The notes under the pieces are model-generated. The model was not told the DNA's origin. It worked only from the letters and a program-made list of their open reading frames with translations, and ran no database searches. DNA of 64,000 bases from Nitrospirota bacterium (GTDB lineage: Bacteria > Nitrospirota > Thermodesulfovibrionia > Thermodesulfovibrionales > UBA9159). Where the stretch lies: contig CAVOUE010000003.1 in NCBI GenBank assembly GCA_963699545.1, forward strand, positions 736,001 through 800,000, given 5' to 3'. Below, piece by piece: positions 21,301-31,507 of the stretch (its first letter is position 1; every line of letters begins with the position of its first letter). A program made the position numbers and the translations under genes.

Positions 21301-21939
21301 ATGGCCAAAATTCACGAAATAACGGTATGGACGCGAGGGGTGCTCATGGACAAGGAAGGCCGTGATATTGCAAGCGCTTTCGGTGATGCGGTTGCAATGG
21401 AAGGCAAACACGTCCAGGTATTCGACAACTATGAAGACCTGCCGGACCGCGTGCTGGTCACTACCCGGAAATATGTCAGGGTCAGCGACGAAGAGATCGA
21501 GCACAAGTATGTATACACCAATGACCATCCTGAAGTGGTTGTTGTTGCCGAACCTACCATAGTCAAAGGGATCAATGTGCTGAGGGGCATGCAGGAAGGC
21601 GGTCTTTTGCTCATCAATACCAACCGCCCGATCGATTACATGCTCAAGTTCATTCCCAACGCTGATCTGCTCGGCGCCATTGCCACGGTGGACGCGGACG
21701 GAATATCCGGAGTGCGGACAGTTGACTTCTCGGGGTCTGAGGGCGGCGTTGACTCTGTTGGAGTCGGCGCCGGCATCGCGGCCCCCATCGTCGGCGCAAT
21801 GGCAAGGGTCACTGGCATGGCAAAGAAGGAGAATCTTGCCAAGATCGTCAAGGATGTGGCAGGAATGGAAAGGGGATACAACGAGGTGAAACTGCAGAAG
21901 TTCCGCAAGGCCCGCGCCGAGTACTCATGGGGCGGGTAG
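21301..21939 (+). CDS. Oxalate oxidoreductase-like 2-oxoacid:ferredoxin oxidoreductase, gamma (domain III) subunit; alternative start at 21295
   Basis: EITVWTRGVLMDKEGRDI, NYEDLPDR, SGSEGG and GAGIAAPIVGA closely resemble the N-terminal part of the Moorella OOR gamma/delta subunit. Confidence 0.85.
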   Translation: MAKIHEITVWTRGVLMDKEGRDIASAFGDAVAMEGKHVQVFDNYEDLPDRVLVTTRKYVRVSDEEIEHKYVYTNDHPEVVVVAEPTIVKGINVLRGMQEGGLLLINTNRPIDYMLKFIPNADLLGAIATVDADGISGVRTVDFSGSEGGVDSVGVGAGIAAPIVGAMARVTGMAKKENLAKIVKDVAGMERGYNEVKLQKFRKARAEYSWGG

Positions 21940-21983
21940 GAAACAGCAGAGAGCGTAAACAAAAAGGATACAAGGAGGATACT

Positions 21984-22337
21984 ATGTCCAAGAAGCTTCC
22001 AGAATTCGGGACGATCAATGTCCCACACGACAGGTCAGTACCCTTCGGGGCGGTCACACCGGCCCCGGTACACCAGCAGGATCTTTTCATGACCTCGAAC
22101 TGGCGGATCGTCCGGCCTGTTATCGATGATGAAAAGTGCACACGCTGTCTCACCTGCTACATCGCGTGTCCCGATTCGTGCTGGTCATACAATGTAAAAG
22201 AAGACGTCATGGAATGGAACGAAAGCTTCTGCAAGGGCTGCCAGATCTGCATCAAACAGTGCCCTTCCGATGCACTGAGCGCAGTTGCTGAACTTGATTT
22301 TGAGGACGGTGTGGTCCGTCTCGAAAAACCCTTTTAG
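21984..22337 (+). CDS. Oxalate oxidoreductase-like delta subunit (2x[4Fe-4S] ferredoxin domain)
   Basis: Own RBS (AGGAGG); TSNWRIVRPVID; CTRCLTCYIACP and CKGCQICIKQCP; ELDFED. Confidence 0.88.
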   Translation: MSKKLPEFGTINVPHDRSVPFGAVTPAPVHQQDLFMTSNWRIVRPVIDDEKCTRCLTCYIACPDSCWSYNVKEDVMEWNESFCKGCQICIKQCPSDALSAVAELDFEDGVVRLEKPF

Positions 22338-22355
22338 GGAGGAGGAGAAAATACT

Positions 22356-23543
22356 ATGGCTCACGAAAAGATGTTAACCGGCTGCTCTGCAGCAGCCCAG
22401 GCTCTGAAGCTTGCGGAAGTGGAAGTGATCTGCTCCTATCCGATCCGCCCTTATACGGCGATCATGATGGAGCTTGCCAAGATGGTCGCCAATGGCGAGC
22501 TGGACGCGGAATTCGTGCACGGTGAAGGTGAGCATGCACAGCTGTCCGTGGTGTTGGGCGCCTCTGCCTGTGGTGCGCGGGCCGTAACAGGAAGTGCAGG
22601 GGTGGGAGTCACCTATGCCTTTGAATTATACAGTCCTGTGGCAGGGGGCCGTTATCCCCTCCAGATGACCATCGCCGACCGTACGCTCGATCCTCCCGGT
22701 GATTTCGGTTCCGAGCATACCGATGCGATGTCCACCCGGGACCAGGGTTGGATCCTCGGCTGGGCCTCCAGTCCCCAGGAGGTATTTGATAACACACTCA
22801 TGGGCTACCGCATCGGGGAGGATCCCCGTATCATGCTCCCCCAGATGACCTGTCAGGACGGGTATTTCATATCCCATATCCCGGACAAGGTGAAACTCGC
22901 GGACCTGAAACAGGTTAAGGAGTTCCTGCCCCCTTACAGCGCTCCCCATCCTCTCAGCACGACATGCCCCGTGTCCCATGGTCCACAGATCAGACCGGAC
23001 CAGGGAGCACCTATGGATGCCCAGAGAGCGGCGACCTTCCTTGAACTGCCAAAGGTCATAAAAGAGGCAACGGAGGATTTCAACCGTATCTTCGGACGGA
23101 ACTATGCCCCGTTCCTCGAAAAGTACAAGCTCGAAGACGCTGAGATAGCGTTCTTCATTCAGGGCGCCCATGCCAACACCTGCAGGAGGGCGGTAGATGC
23201 ACTCCGCAAAAAGGGCGTGAAGGCAGGTATGGCACGTCCCCGCTGGGTCCGTCCATGGCCTACCCGGGAGATCGCAGAGGCCCTGGGGCATGTCAAGGCT
23301 GTCGGAAGTATCGAGACCAGCACATCCTACGGAGGGGCAATGAGAGGTGGCAACCTGATCCATGAGCTCCGCGCCTCCCTGTATGACCTGGACGAGAGAC
23401 CCCTTACGACATCTTTCATGGCCGGTCTCGGTGGTGAAACTATATGGCCCGAGGATTTCGAGTTCATGGCAAAGGTCCTCTCGCAGATGATCAAGGAGAA
23501 GAGGACCAGGAAGTACGTGTACTGGATAGGCTTCGAAGAATAA
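22356..23543 (+). CDS. oorA: Oxalate oxidoreductase alpha subunit
   Basis: 395 aa; YPIRP (R31), GEGEHAQ, DR109TLDPPGD116FG and GPQ211I are the oxalate-binding signature of Moorella thermoacetica OOR. Confidence 0.88.
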   Translation: MAHEKMLTGCSAAAQALKLAEVEVICSYPIRPYTAIMMELAKMVANGELDAEFVHGEGEHAQLSVVLGASACGARAVTGSAGVGVTYAFELYSPVAGGRYPLQMTIADRTLDPPGDFGSEHTDAMSTRDQGWILGWASSPQEVFDNTLMGYRIGEDPRIMLPQMTCQDGYFISHIPDKVKLADLKQVKEFLPPYSAPHPLSTTCPVSHGPQIRPDQGAPMDAQRAATFLELPKVIKEATEDFNRIFGRNYAPFLEKYKLEDAEIAFFIQGAHANTCRRAVDALRKKGVKAGMARPRWVRPWPTREIAEALGHVKAVGSIETSTSYGGAMRGGNLIHELRASLYDLDERPLTTSFMAGLGGETIWPEDFEFMAKVLSQMIKEKRTRKYVYWIGFEE

Positions 23544-23572
23544 AACTCAATTGATGACACGGAGGATAATGA

Positions 23573-24565
<993 letters not shown>

Positions 24566-24610
24566 TTGTAGTATCATGGGAAGAAGGCTGTTCGGCAATG
24601 GAGGGGGTGA

Positions 24611-24683
24611 TGTCATTGCAGGGAACGATACGATCGAAATGCAAAGAGAGATCGCCTCGCTCCCCCGCAGTGGCTCTGTGACA
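24611..24683. repeat. Degenerate REP-like palindromic element
   Basis: TGTCATTGC...GAGATCGCCTCGC...TGTGACA with TGTCA/TGACA ends, between oorB and tctC. Confidence 0.4.
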
Positions 24684-24772
24684 GAAAACGGCGCAGCGCC
24701 CTGATGTTCCCGTGCACTGCGCAATGCGGATCGTCTCTTGAGGAAAGAGATGAGAGAAAGGGAGGCAAGGTC

Positions 24773-25765
24773 ATGGAAAGAACATTCTCAGGATTGAAAA
24801 TCGCTCTGGGTCTGGTTTGCTGTCTTGCGCTGTTTATCGTTTCAATCGGAACAGCAACCGCCTGGGAACCTACAAAGCCTGTAGAGTTTATTGTCCCTGC
24901 AGGAACCGGCGGTGGCGCTGATGTTATGGCAAGATTTGTCAGCCCGATTATAGAGAAGTATAAGTTATCACCAAAACCCTTCATCGTTATAAACAAGTCA
25001 GGTGGAGCAGGAGCAGAAGGAATGCTCTATGTAAAAGGAAAGAACAAGGATCCGCACGTGATCATCATAACGCTGGACAACCTGTTCACGACACCGGCAG
25101 CGACCGGGGTCCCGTTCAACTGGAAGGATCTGACATCAATTTCGCGACTTGCTCTGGACTATTTTGTTCTCTGGGTAAATGCGGAATCCCCGTACAAGAC
25201 TGCCAAGGAGTATCTGGACGCGGTGAAGAAGCAGCCGGGCAAGTTTAATATGGCGGGAACGGGAACAGCGCAAGAGGACCAGATAATCACGGTCATGCTG
25301 GACCAGACCTTTGGGACGAAGTTTTCTTACGTACCCTTCAAGGGCGGAGGTGAAGTGGCAGTCGAGCTGGTGGGTAAGCACGTCGACTCAACGGTGAACA
25401 ACCCTGCTGAGGCGGTAAGCCACTGGAAGGCGAAGAGGCTGCGGCCGCTGGCGGCGATAGACCATCAGCGTATCGACCTGCCTGACTGGAAGACCATCCC
25501 GACCATGAAGGAGGCGACCGGCGTGGACATGAGCTATCTCATGCTCCGGGGAATATTTGCTGCACCCGGAATCACGAAGGAACAGCAGGATTTCTATGTG
25601 AACGTAATGAAGAAGGTGACCGAGACGCCAGAATGGAAAAAATACATATCGGACATGGGGCTGAAGGGAGCATTCCTTTCAGGACCTGAGTATGTGAAGT
25701 GGCTTGAGGAGAAGGAGAAGATGACGAAGGACCTGATGTCAAAAGGGGGTCTGCTCAAGAAGTAA
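24773..25765 (+). CDS. tctC: Tripartite tricarboxylate transporter substrate-binding protein (TctC/Bug)
   Basis: Signal peptide; PTKPVEFIVPAGTGGGAD..AR, NKSGGAG and YVPFKGGG. Confidence 0.92.
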   Translation: MERTFSGLKIALGLVCCLALFIVSIGTATAWEPTKPVEFIVPAGTGGGADVMARFVSPIIEKYKLSPKPFIVINKSGGAGAEGMLYVKGKNKDPHVIIITLDNLFTTPAATGVPFNWKDLTSISRLALDYFVLWVNAESPYKTAKEYLDAVKKQPGKFNMAGTGTAQEDQIITVMLDQTFGTKFSYVPFKGGGEVAVELVGKHVDSTVNNPAEAVSHWKAKRLRPLAAIDHQRIDLPDWKTIPTMKEATGVDMSYLMLRGIFAAPGITKEQQDFYVNVMKKVTETPEWKKYISDMGLKGAFLSGPEYVKWLEEKEKMTKDLMSKGGLLKK

Positions 25766-25777
25766 TACAAACAGCAT

Positions 25778-25827
25778 CCTGAAGCGAGGGAGCGGGATCA
25801 TCGTCTCGCTCCCCGCCAGGTTTTCTT
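25778..25827 (+). terminator. Stem-loop with U-tract between tctC and tctB (partial terminator or mRNA stabiliser)
   Basis: GGGAGCGGGA-N6-TCTCGCTCCC followed by ...GTTTTCTT. Confidence 0.55.
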
Positions 25828-25854
25828 AGTCAGGCATGTCAAAGGGGAGGTTAC

Positions 25855-26331
25855 ATGCGAAAGGCTGAAATATTTGTTGCCCTGCTGTTGTTGTCTATAG
25901 GGATCATTACTCTCGTTGATTCTGTGAGGCTTGGTTTCGGATGGGGAACGAGCGGTCCGGAATCCGGGTTTTTCCCTTTCTATCTGGGATTGGGCCAGGT
26001 CATATGCTCTGTCCTCGTCTTGCGTAACGTTATCGAGAAGTACAAGAAAGAGGGAGCGAGGAAACGTCTCATGCCGGAAGGGGCGTTAAAGCCGATCCTC
26101 TGGATCTTAGTCCCGGCAACAGTGATGATCGTGATCACAGAATTCGTGGGGCTCCACATCGCAGCTGCCATTTATCTGGCGTTTTACATGCGCGCTTCGG
26201 AAAAGGTGGGGTGGATCACAGTGATACTTGTCAGTGTTCTGGTGCCCGCAGGGCTCTATATAGCTTTTGACAAGCTGTTCCTGGTCCCTCTCCCCCAGGG
26301 GTTGTGGGGTGCTAAACTGATACCATTCTAA
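25855..26331 (+). CDS. tctB: Tripartite tricarboxylate transporter small membrane subunit TctB
   Basis: 4-5 TM helices; GPESGFFPFY; FDKLFLVPLPQG. Confidence 0.88.
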   Translation: MRKAEIFVALLLLSIGIITLVDSVRLGFGWGTSGPESGFFPFYLGLGQVICSVLVLRNVIEKYKKEGARKRLMPEGALKPILWILVPATVMIVITEFVGLHIAAAIYLAFYMRASEKVGWITVILVSVLVPAGLYIAFDKLFLVPLPQGLWGAKLIPF

Positions 26332-26361
26332 AAAAGGCTATCCGAAAAGGGAGGAACGTAC

Positions 26362-27864
26362 ATGGGAGCAGATATTAATAATCTGATAATGGGCCTCGGC
26401 GTTGCACTACAGACCTACAACATCATGATTGCCATTATCGGACTTCTTCTCGGAATCATCGTCGGAGTGCTGCCCGGCCTTGGCGGGGCAAACGGCGTGG
26501 CCATACTTATACCCGTCGTTGTTTCGATGCCCGCTACCACGGGGGTCATTCTTTTATCGAGCATATACTGGGGTGCTCTGTATGGCGGAAGCATCACCTC
26601 AATCCTTTTTAACATACCCGGTGAGCCGTGGTCAGTGGCGACCACATTCGATGGTTACCCCATGGCGAAGAAAGGAAAGGCCGGGATGGCGCTTGTCCTC
26701 GCTTTCCTTTCCCATGGGGTAGGGGGGCTTTTCGGCGTCATCATGCTCACCTTCTTTGCACCCATCATCGCAGAGTTTGCCCTGAAGTTCGGCCCTGCTG
26801 AGATCTTTGCGGTCATGGTCCTCACCTTCAGCGCATTTGTCGGACTGGGCGGCAAATCCCCCCTGAAGACCGTGGCGTCCATCCTGTTCGGTTTCATCCT
26901 GGCGGCAATAGGTATGGACATTGTGAGCGGGCAACTCCGCATGACCTTTGGCTCTGTGGACCTCATGGGAGGGTTCAGCTTTATTGTGGCAGTCATCGGC
27001 CTCTTTGGTCTGGGAGAAATATTTCTCACCGTTGAGGAAGGACTGAAAATGGAAGGGGTCAAGGCCAGGGTCGGCTTGAAGGATATCTGGGAAGGGATGA
27101 AGGAGTTGGTCCGCTACCCGAAGGCTCTCATTATGGGTACTCTCATTGGATGCTGGATGGGACTCAAGCCCGGGGGCGCAACCCCTGCCTCTTTCATGGC
27201 GTATGGCTTTGCAAAGCAGTCGGCGAAAAATAAGGATGAATTCGGGAAGGGGGCTTCCAATGGCATCATCGCCCCTGAGGCAGCGGCCCATGGCGCCGGA
27301 ACCTCTGCCACACTCCCCATGATCACCCTGGGAATCCCCGGTTCCCCCACCATGGCGGTCATTATGGGCGGGCTCATGATCTTCGGTCTTCAGCCCGGGC
27401 CGATGCTCTTTAAGGAGCATGCCGATTTTGTCTGGGGGCTTATTGCGAGCTGCTGGGTAGGAAATTTCATCGGGCTCTTCCTCGTCATGGCCTTTGCACC
27501 GATTTTTGCTGCTATTCTCAAGATCAGGTTCGCCATCATCTTGCCGATCATCGTGTACGTCTGCGCCATCGGCGCCTATGCGGTGAACAACAGGATGATC
27601 GACGTCTATTACATGATGATCTTCGGTGTGCTGGGGTATCTGTTCAAAAAACTGGATTATCCGCTTGCGCCTATGGTGCTCGCGCTGGTGCTGGGTGATA
27701 TGGCCGAACAGGCGATGAGGCAGGCCCTCATCATGGGACAGGGCAATCCCCTTGTCTTCTTCAGGCCTCCCCTTGCACTGCCCATTATGATCGTGGCGCT
27801 GATCATCTTCTTCTGGCCCGTGATCTCCTCGGTGAAACAGAAGTTGATGACGAAGAATGCGTAG
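26362..27864 (+). CDS. tctA: Tripartite tricarboxylate transporter permease TctA
   Basis: GVLPGLG, NIPGEP..ATTFDGYPMA and LGIPGS..MAV..G....GLQPGP. Confidence 0.93.
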   Translation: MGADINNLIMGLGVALQTYNIMIAIIGLLLGIIVGVLPGLGGANGVAILIPVVVSMPATTGVILLSSIYWGALYGGSITSILFNIPGEPWSVATTFDGYPMAKKGKAGMALVLAFLSHGVGGLFGVIMLTFFAPIIAEFALKFGPAEIFAVMVLTFSAFVGLGGKSPLKTVASILFGFILAAIGMDIVSGQLRMTFGSVDLMGGFSFIVAVIGLFGLGEIFLTVEEGLKMEGVKARVGLKDIWEGMKELVRYPKALIMGTLIGCWMGLKPGGATPASFMAYGFAKQSAKNKDEFGKGASNGIIAPEAAAHGAGTSATLPMITLGIPGSPTMAVIMGGLMIFGLQPGPMLFKEHADFVWGLIASCWVGNFIGLFLVMAFAPIFAAILKIRFAIILPIIVYVCAIGAYAVNNRMIDVYYMMIFGVLGYLFKKLDYPLAPMVLALVLGDMAEQAMRQALIMGQGNPLVFFRPPLALPIMIVALIIFFWPVISSVKQKLMTKNA

Positions 27865-27876
27865 GATAGGTTCACC

Positions 27877-28051
27877 GTGAAGTTCTTGATCACCGGCGGT
27901 GCAAGACCTGTTGGTCGAACCCTGACCTCTCACTGTCGGAAAAAGGACATCAGGTGAGGGTGGTGGACAAGAATGCCGGTACACTTCAGGGCTTACTCAC
28001 AAGAACGTAGAGATGGTCATGGGGAAGGTGAAAGACCACCCATTGGCATAA
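27877..28051 (+). pseudogene. Degenerate 5' remnant of an NAD-dependent epimerase/dehydratase (SDR) gene
   Basis: GTG start MKFLITGGARPVGRTLT, then after a frame slip LSEKGHQVRVVDKN: the start of a Rossmann fold, truncated just before the ATPase gene. Confidence 0.6.
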
Positions 28052-28067
28052 ATAGGCAGGAGGTTTT

Positions 28068-30785
28068 ATGGTAAACGGAATCTGGCATTCAATGGAGGCA
28101 GCACAGGTCTTAAAGGAGCTTGATACTGATATCCATCAAGGTTTAACAGAGGATGAAGCTGCAAGGCGTATCGAAAGATACGGCTATAATGAACTGAGAA
28201 AAGAAGACAAGGTTTCGCCGTTCACCATTTTCATAAACCAGTTCAAGAATTACCTTATCATTATCCTTCTCATCGCAACTGTCCTTTCTGCAGCAGTTGG
28301 TGAGGTGGTTGATGCTATCCTGATACTGGTAATAGTTATATTCTGTGCAGTATTAGGCTTTGTCCAGGAGTATCGGGCAGGACGTGCCCTTGAGGCACTG
28401 AAGAAGATGCTTTCCCCTACCATAACGGTACTCAGGGGAGGGAAAGAGGAGGAGATTCCATCAAAGGATCTTGTCCCTGGTGATATTCTGCTCCTCGAGG
28501 CAGGAGATAAGATACCTGCTGATGCCAGATTAGTAGAAAATCATTCCTTAAGGTGCGATGAGGCTCCCCTCACTGGAGAATCCCTTCCTGTTGGTAAAGA
28601 TATAAAGTCAGTGGTAGCAGATGCACCTGTAGGTGACAGGAAGAACATGGTCTTTACCGGAACTACTGCCACTTATGGCAGGGGTAAGGCAACCGTCACG
28701 TCAACAGGTATGCACACGGAGTTTGGAAAGATCGCCGAAGAGGTGATGGCGGCAAAGACAGAGAGGACGCCCCTCGAGAAGAGGACGGAAGAGATAGGGA
28801 AATGGCTTGGTATAATCGCCATCGGCATCTGCTTCCTCGTTGCGGGGATCAGCATAGTAAGGGAGCTTATGGGCGGTGGGAGGGTCGATCTGACATTCAT
28901 AATAACTATGGTAATGTTTGCGGTATCGCTTGCTGTCGCTGCAGTCCCTGAGGCACTTGCTGCCATTGTTACAGGCGCCCTCGCAATCGGTATGCACCAG
29001 ATGGCAAAAAGGAATGCCCTTGTGAGGAAGATGCCCGCAGTGGAGACCCTGGGCTGCACCACGGTGATATGCTCGGACAAGACAGGGACGCTCACAAAGG
29101 GGGAGATGACGGTAAGGAAGATGTTCACCATGGGTAAAACGATTGAAGTTACCGGTGCAGGATATGCACCTGCAGGAGAGTTTAGAGGATCAGGACCAAT
29201 CGATATATCAAAAAGTAACTCCTTTCAGATGCTGCTTAAAGGCGGGATATTATGTAATGACTCAGACCTTCATGAGAAAGAGGGGAAATGGCTCATTAAG
29301 GGAGACCCCACAGAGGGTGCCCTTGTTGTAGCAGCTGCAAAGGCAGGCATGCATATACATGAGCTGAGGCTCGAAAACCCCAGGGTAGAGGAGATACCCT
29401 TCAGCTCTGAGAGGAAGAGGATGACCACCATCCACCAGATGGAGGATGGCAAAAGGATGGCCTTCCTGAAGGGTGCTCCTGAAATAGTCTTTGAGAGATG
29501 TTCTCATATATTGGAAGATGGCGGGATGAGAAAGCTTAATGATTCTGATAAGGCTCAGATTCTTAAGATGAATGAAGGGATGGCCAAGGATGCATTGAGA
29601 GTTTTGGGAATAGCCTATAGAGACGTCCCTGATGGAATCGCCTATTCAGAAGATGCTGTTGAAAATGATATGGTATTCGTCGGCCTTGCAGGTATGATGG
29701 ATCCGCCAAGAGAAGAAGCGATTGAAGCAACAAAGGTATGCAAACAGGTAGGCATTAGACCGATTATGATTACAGGAGATCATAAACTCACAGCAGTAGC
29801 CATTGCAAAGGAGATCGGTATTTACAGAGAAGGAGATATGGTGCTCGTAGGTGAGGAATTGGAAAAGATGTCTGATGAGGAATTCAGGAAGGTTGTGGAT
29901 AGGGTAACTGTCTATGCCAGGGTATCCCCTATGGATAAATTGAAGATAGTCAAGGCATGGAAGGCTAAGGGCGAGGTAGTAGCGATGACCGGAGATGGTG
30001 TGAATGATGCACCTGCACTCAAACATGCTGACATCGGGATAGCCATGGGTATATCAGGCACAGAGGTGACAAAAGAGGCCGCAGATATGGTCTTAAGTGA
30101 CGATAACTTTGCAACGATAGTAAAGGCCATCGAGCTTGGAAGGTGGATATATGACAACATAAAGAAATACCTTTCTTACCTGGTCAGGTGTAACATCATA
30201 GAGGTATCGGTCATAGGAGGGGTCGTTTTGATTATGGGACCTGAATATCTTCCGCTTTCGGCAGCAGCCATACTGTATATAAACCTTGTGACCGACGGAC
30301 TTCCTGCCCTTGCCTTAGGGGTTGCACCACCTGAACCTGATATCATGGAAAGACCGCCGAGACATCCGAACGAAAGTGTCTTTTCATGGGATGTGAATTT
30401 CTTTATAGTCCTTGCCTTCTTGCTGGCAACACCTTTCTTCTACTTCCTCTTCTTCCATGACCTTGGTGAGATACAGGAGGCGAGGACAGAGATATTCTTT
30501 GCCTTTATAATACTGGAGTTTATCTTTGCCTTTAACTTCCGCTCGCTGAGATATACGGTTTTAGAGGCACCTCCGCATAAATGGCTTGTGCTTTCGATCA
30601 TTTCGCAGATTGTTCTGACGGTAATACTAATCCAGATCCCTGCTATCCGTGATGCCTTCGGGATAACAATACCTTCGACATCAGACCTTACGCTAATCAC
30701 GGGCTTCGGGTTTGCCGTATTTATCCTGATGGAGATTATGAAGGTAGTTCTGAGGAAGAAGATGCAGGTGGGAAAGCTGAGCTGA
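28068..30785 (+). CDS. P-type IIA (SERCA-like) cation-transporting ATPase, probably Ca2+
   Basis: LTGES, AAVPEAL, DKTGTLT, KGAPE, TGD and GDGVND; TM5 CNIIE, TM6 INLVTDG and TM8 Glu. Confidence 0.92.
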   Translation: MVNGIWHSMEAAQVLKELDTDIHQGLTEDEAARRIERYGYNELRKEDKVSPFTIFINQFKNYLIIILLIATVLSAAVGEVVDAILILVIVIFCAVLGFVQEYRAGRALEALKKMLSPTITVLRGGKEEEIPSKDLVPGDILLLEAGDKIPADARLVENHSLRCDEAPLTGESLPVGKDIKSVVADAPVGDRKNMVFTGTTATYGRGKATVTSTGMHTEFGKIAEEVMAAKTERTPLEKRTEEIGKWLGIIAIGICFLVAGISIVRELMGGGRVDLTFIITMVMFAVSLAVAAVPEALAAIVTGALAIGMHQMAKRNALVRKMPAVETLGCTTVICSDKTGTLTKGEMTVRKMFTMGKTIEVTGAGYAPAGEFRGSGPIDISKSNSFQMLLKGGILCNDSDLHEKEGKWLIKGDPTEGALVVAAAKAGMHIHELRLENPRVEEIPFSSERKRMTTIHQMEDGKRMAFLKGAPEIVFERCSHILEDGGMRKLNDSDKAQILKMNEGMAKDALRVLGIAYRDVPDGIAYSEDAVENDMVFVGLAGMMDPPREEAIEATKVCKQVGIRPIMITGDHKLTAVAIAKEIGIYREGDMVLVGEELEKMSDEEFRKVVDRVTVYARVSPMDKLKIVKAWKAKGEVVAMTGDGVNDAPALKHADIGIAMGISGTEVTKEAADMVLSDDNFATIVKAIELGRWIYDNIKKYLSYLVRCNIIEVSVIGGVVLIMGPEYLPLSAAAILYINLVTDGLPALALGVAPPEPDIMERPPRHPNESVFSWDVNFFIVLAFLLATPFFYFLFFHDLGEIQEARTEIFFAFIILEFIFAFNFRSLRYTVLEAPPHKWLVLSIISQIVLTVILIQIPAIRDAFGITIPSTSDLTLITGFGFAVFILMEIMKVVLRKKMQVGKLS

Positions 30786-30841
30786 CTATACACTTATTAA
30801 ACATAATTACAAAGAACAATTAATGGAGATAAGGAGGTTGT

Positions 30842-31321
30842 ATGTACAAGAATATTCTGTTACCGACGGACGGCTCTCTCCTCTCAAAGAAAGCGATAGA
30901 AAGCGGCATCTCGTTTGCGAAAGCCATCGGTGCCAAAGTGGTAGGACTCTACGTCAGTCCGAAGCTCTCCTTTCATGATATCCTGGAGATCCATGAGGAT
31001 GAGGAGCTCTGGGGACTGAAAGAAGCGGAGAAGGCGAAGAAGGCGCTGAGTCATTCTGAAGAACTGGAAAGGTCCATGGCCGGGAGGTATCTTTCCTTTA
31101 TCAAGACGAAGGCGAAGAAGGCCGGTCTGGCATGTGAGACGCTCCATCTGTCAGGGGAATCTCCGGCAGACGGGATCGTGAAAGTGGCAGCGGAGAAACG
31201 CTGCGACCTTATCGTTATGGCATCCCACGGCAGGACGGGGATATCAGGGGCGCTGCTGGGAAGCGTTACCCGGAAGGTCCTCGGCACCTCGAAGGTCCCT
31301 GTGCTCGTCTGCCGCTCTTGA
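30842..31321 (+). CDS. Universal stress protein (UspA family)
   Basis: YKNILLPTDGS; DLIVMASHGRTG....LGSVT.KVL...PVLV. Confidence 0.92.
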   Translation: MYKNILLPTDGSLLSKKAIESGISFAKAIGAKVVGLYVSPKLSFHDILEIHEDEELWGLKEAEKAKKALSHSEELERSMAGRYLSFIKTKAKKAGLACETLHLSGESPADGIVKVAAEKRCDLIVMASHGRTGISGALLGSVTRKVLGTSKVPVLVCRS

Positions 31322-31507
31322 AACGGACAGTGAGCGGATCTCCTATGATATGCCGTGCTGCGGGGTTAAACGGCAAATATCGTAATAAAAATAATTCATT
31401 GCATTGGGAGTCTGGCGGTCTTGCCGCAGGGTTCTTTGTTCTGGTATACTATTTGCCATTTTGTACGTACACCGATATGGTGACGCCCGAAGAACTGGAG
31501 GATTCAC

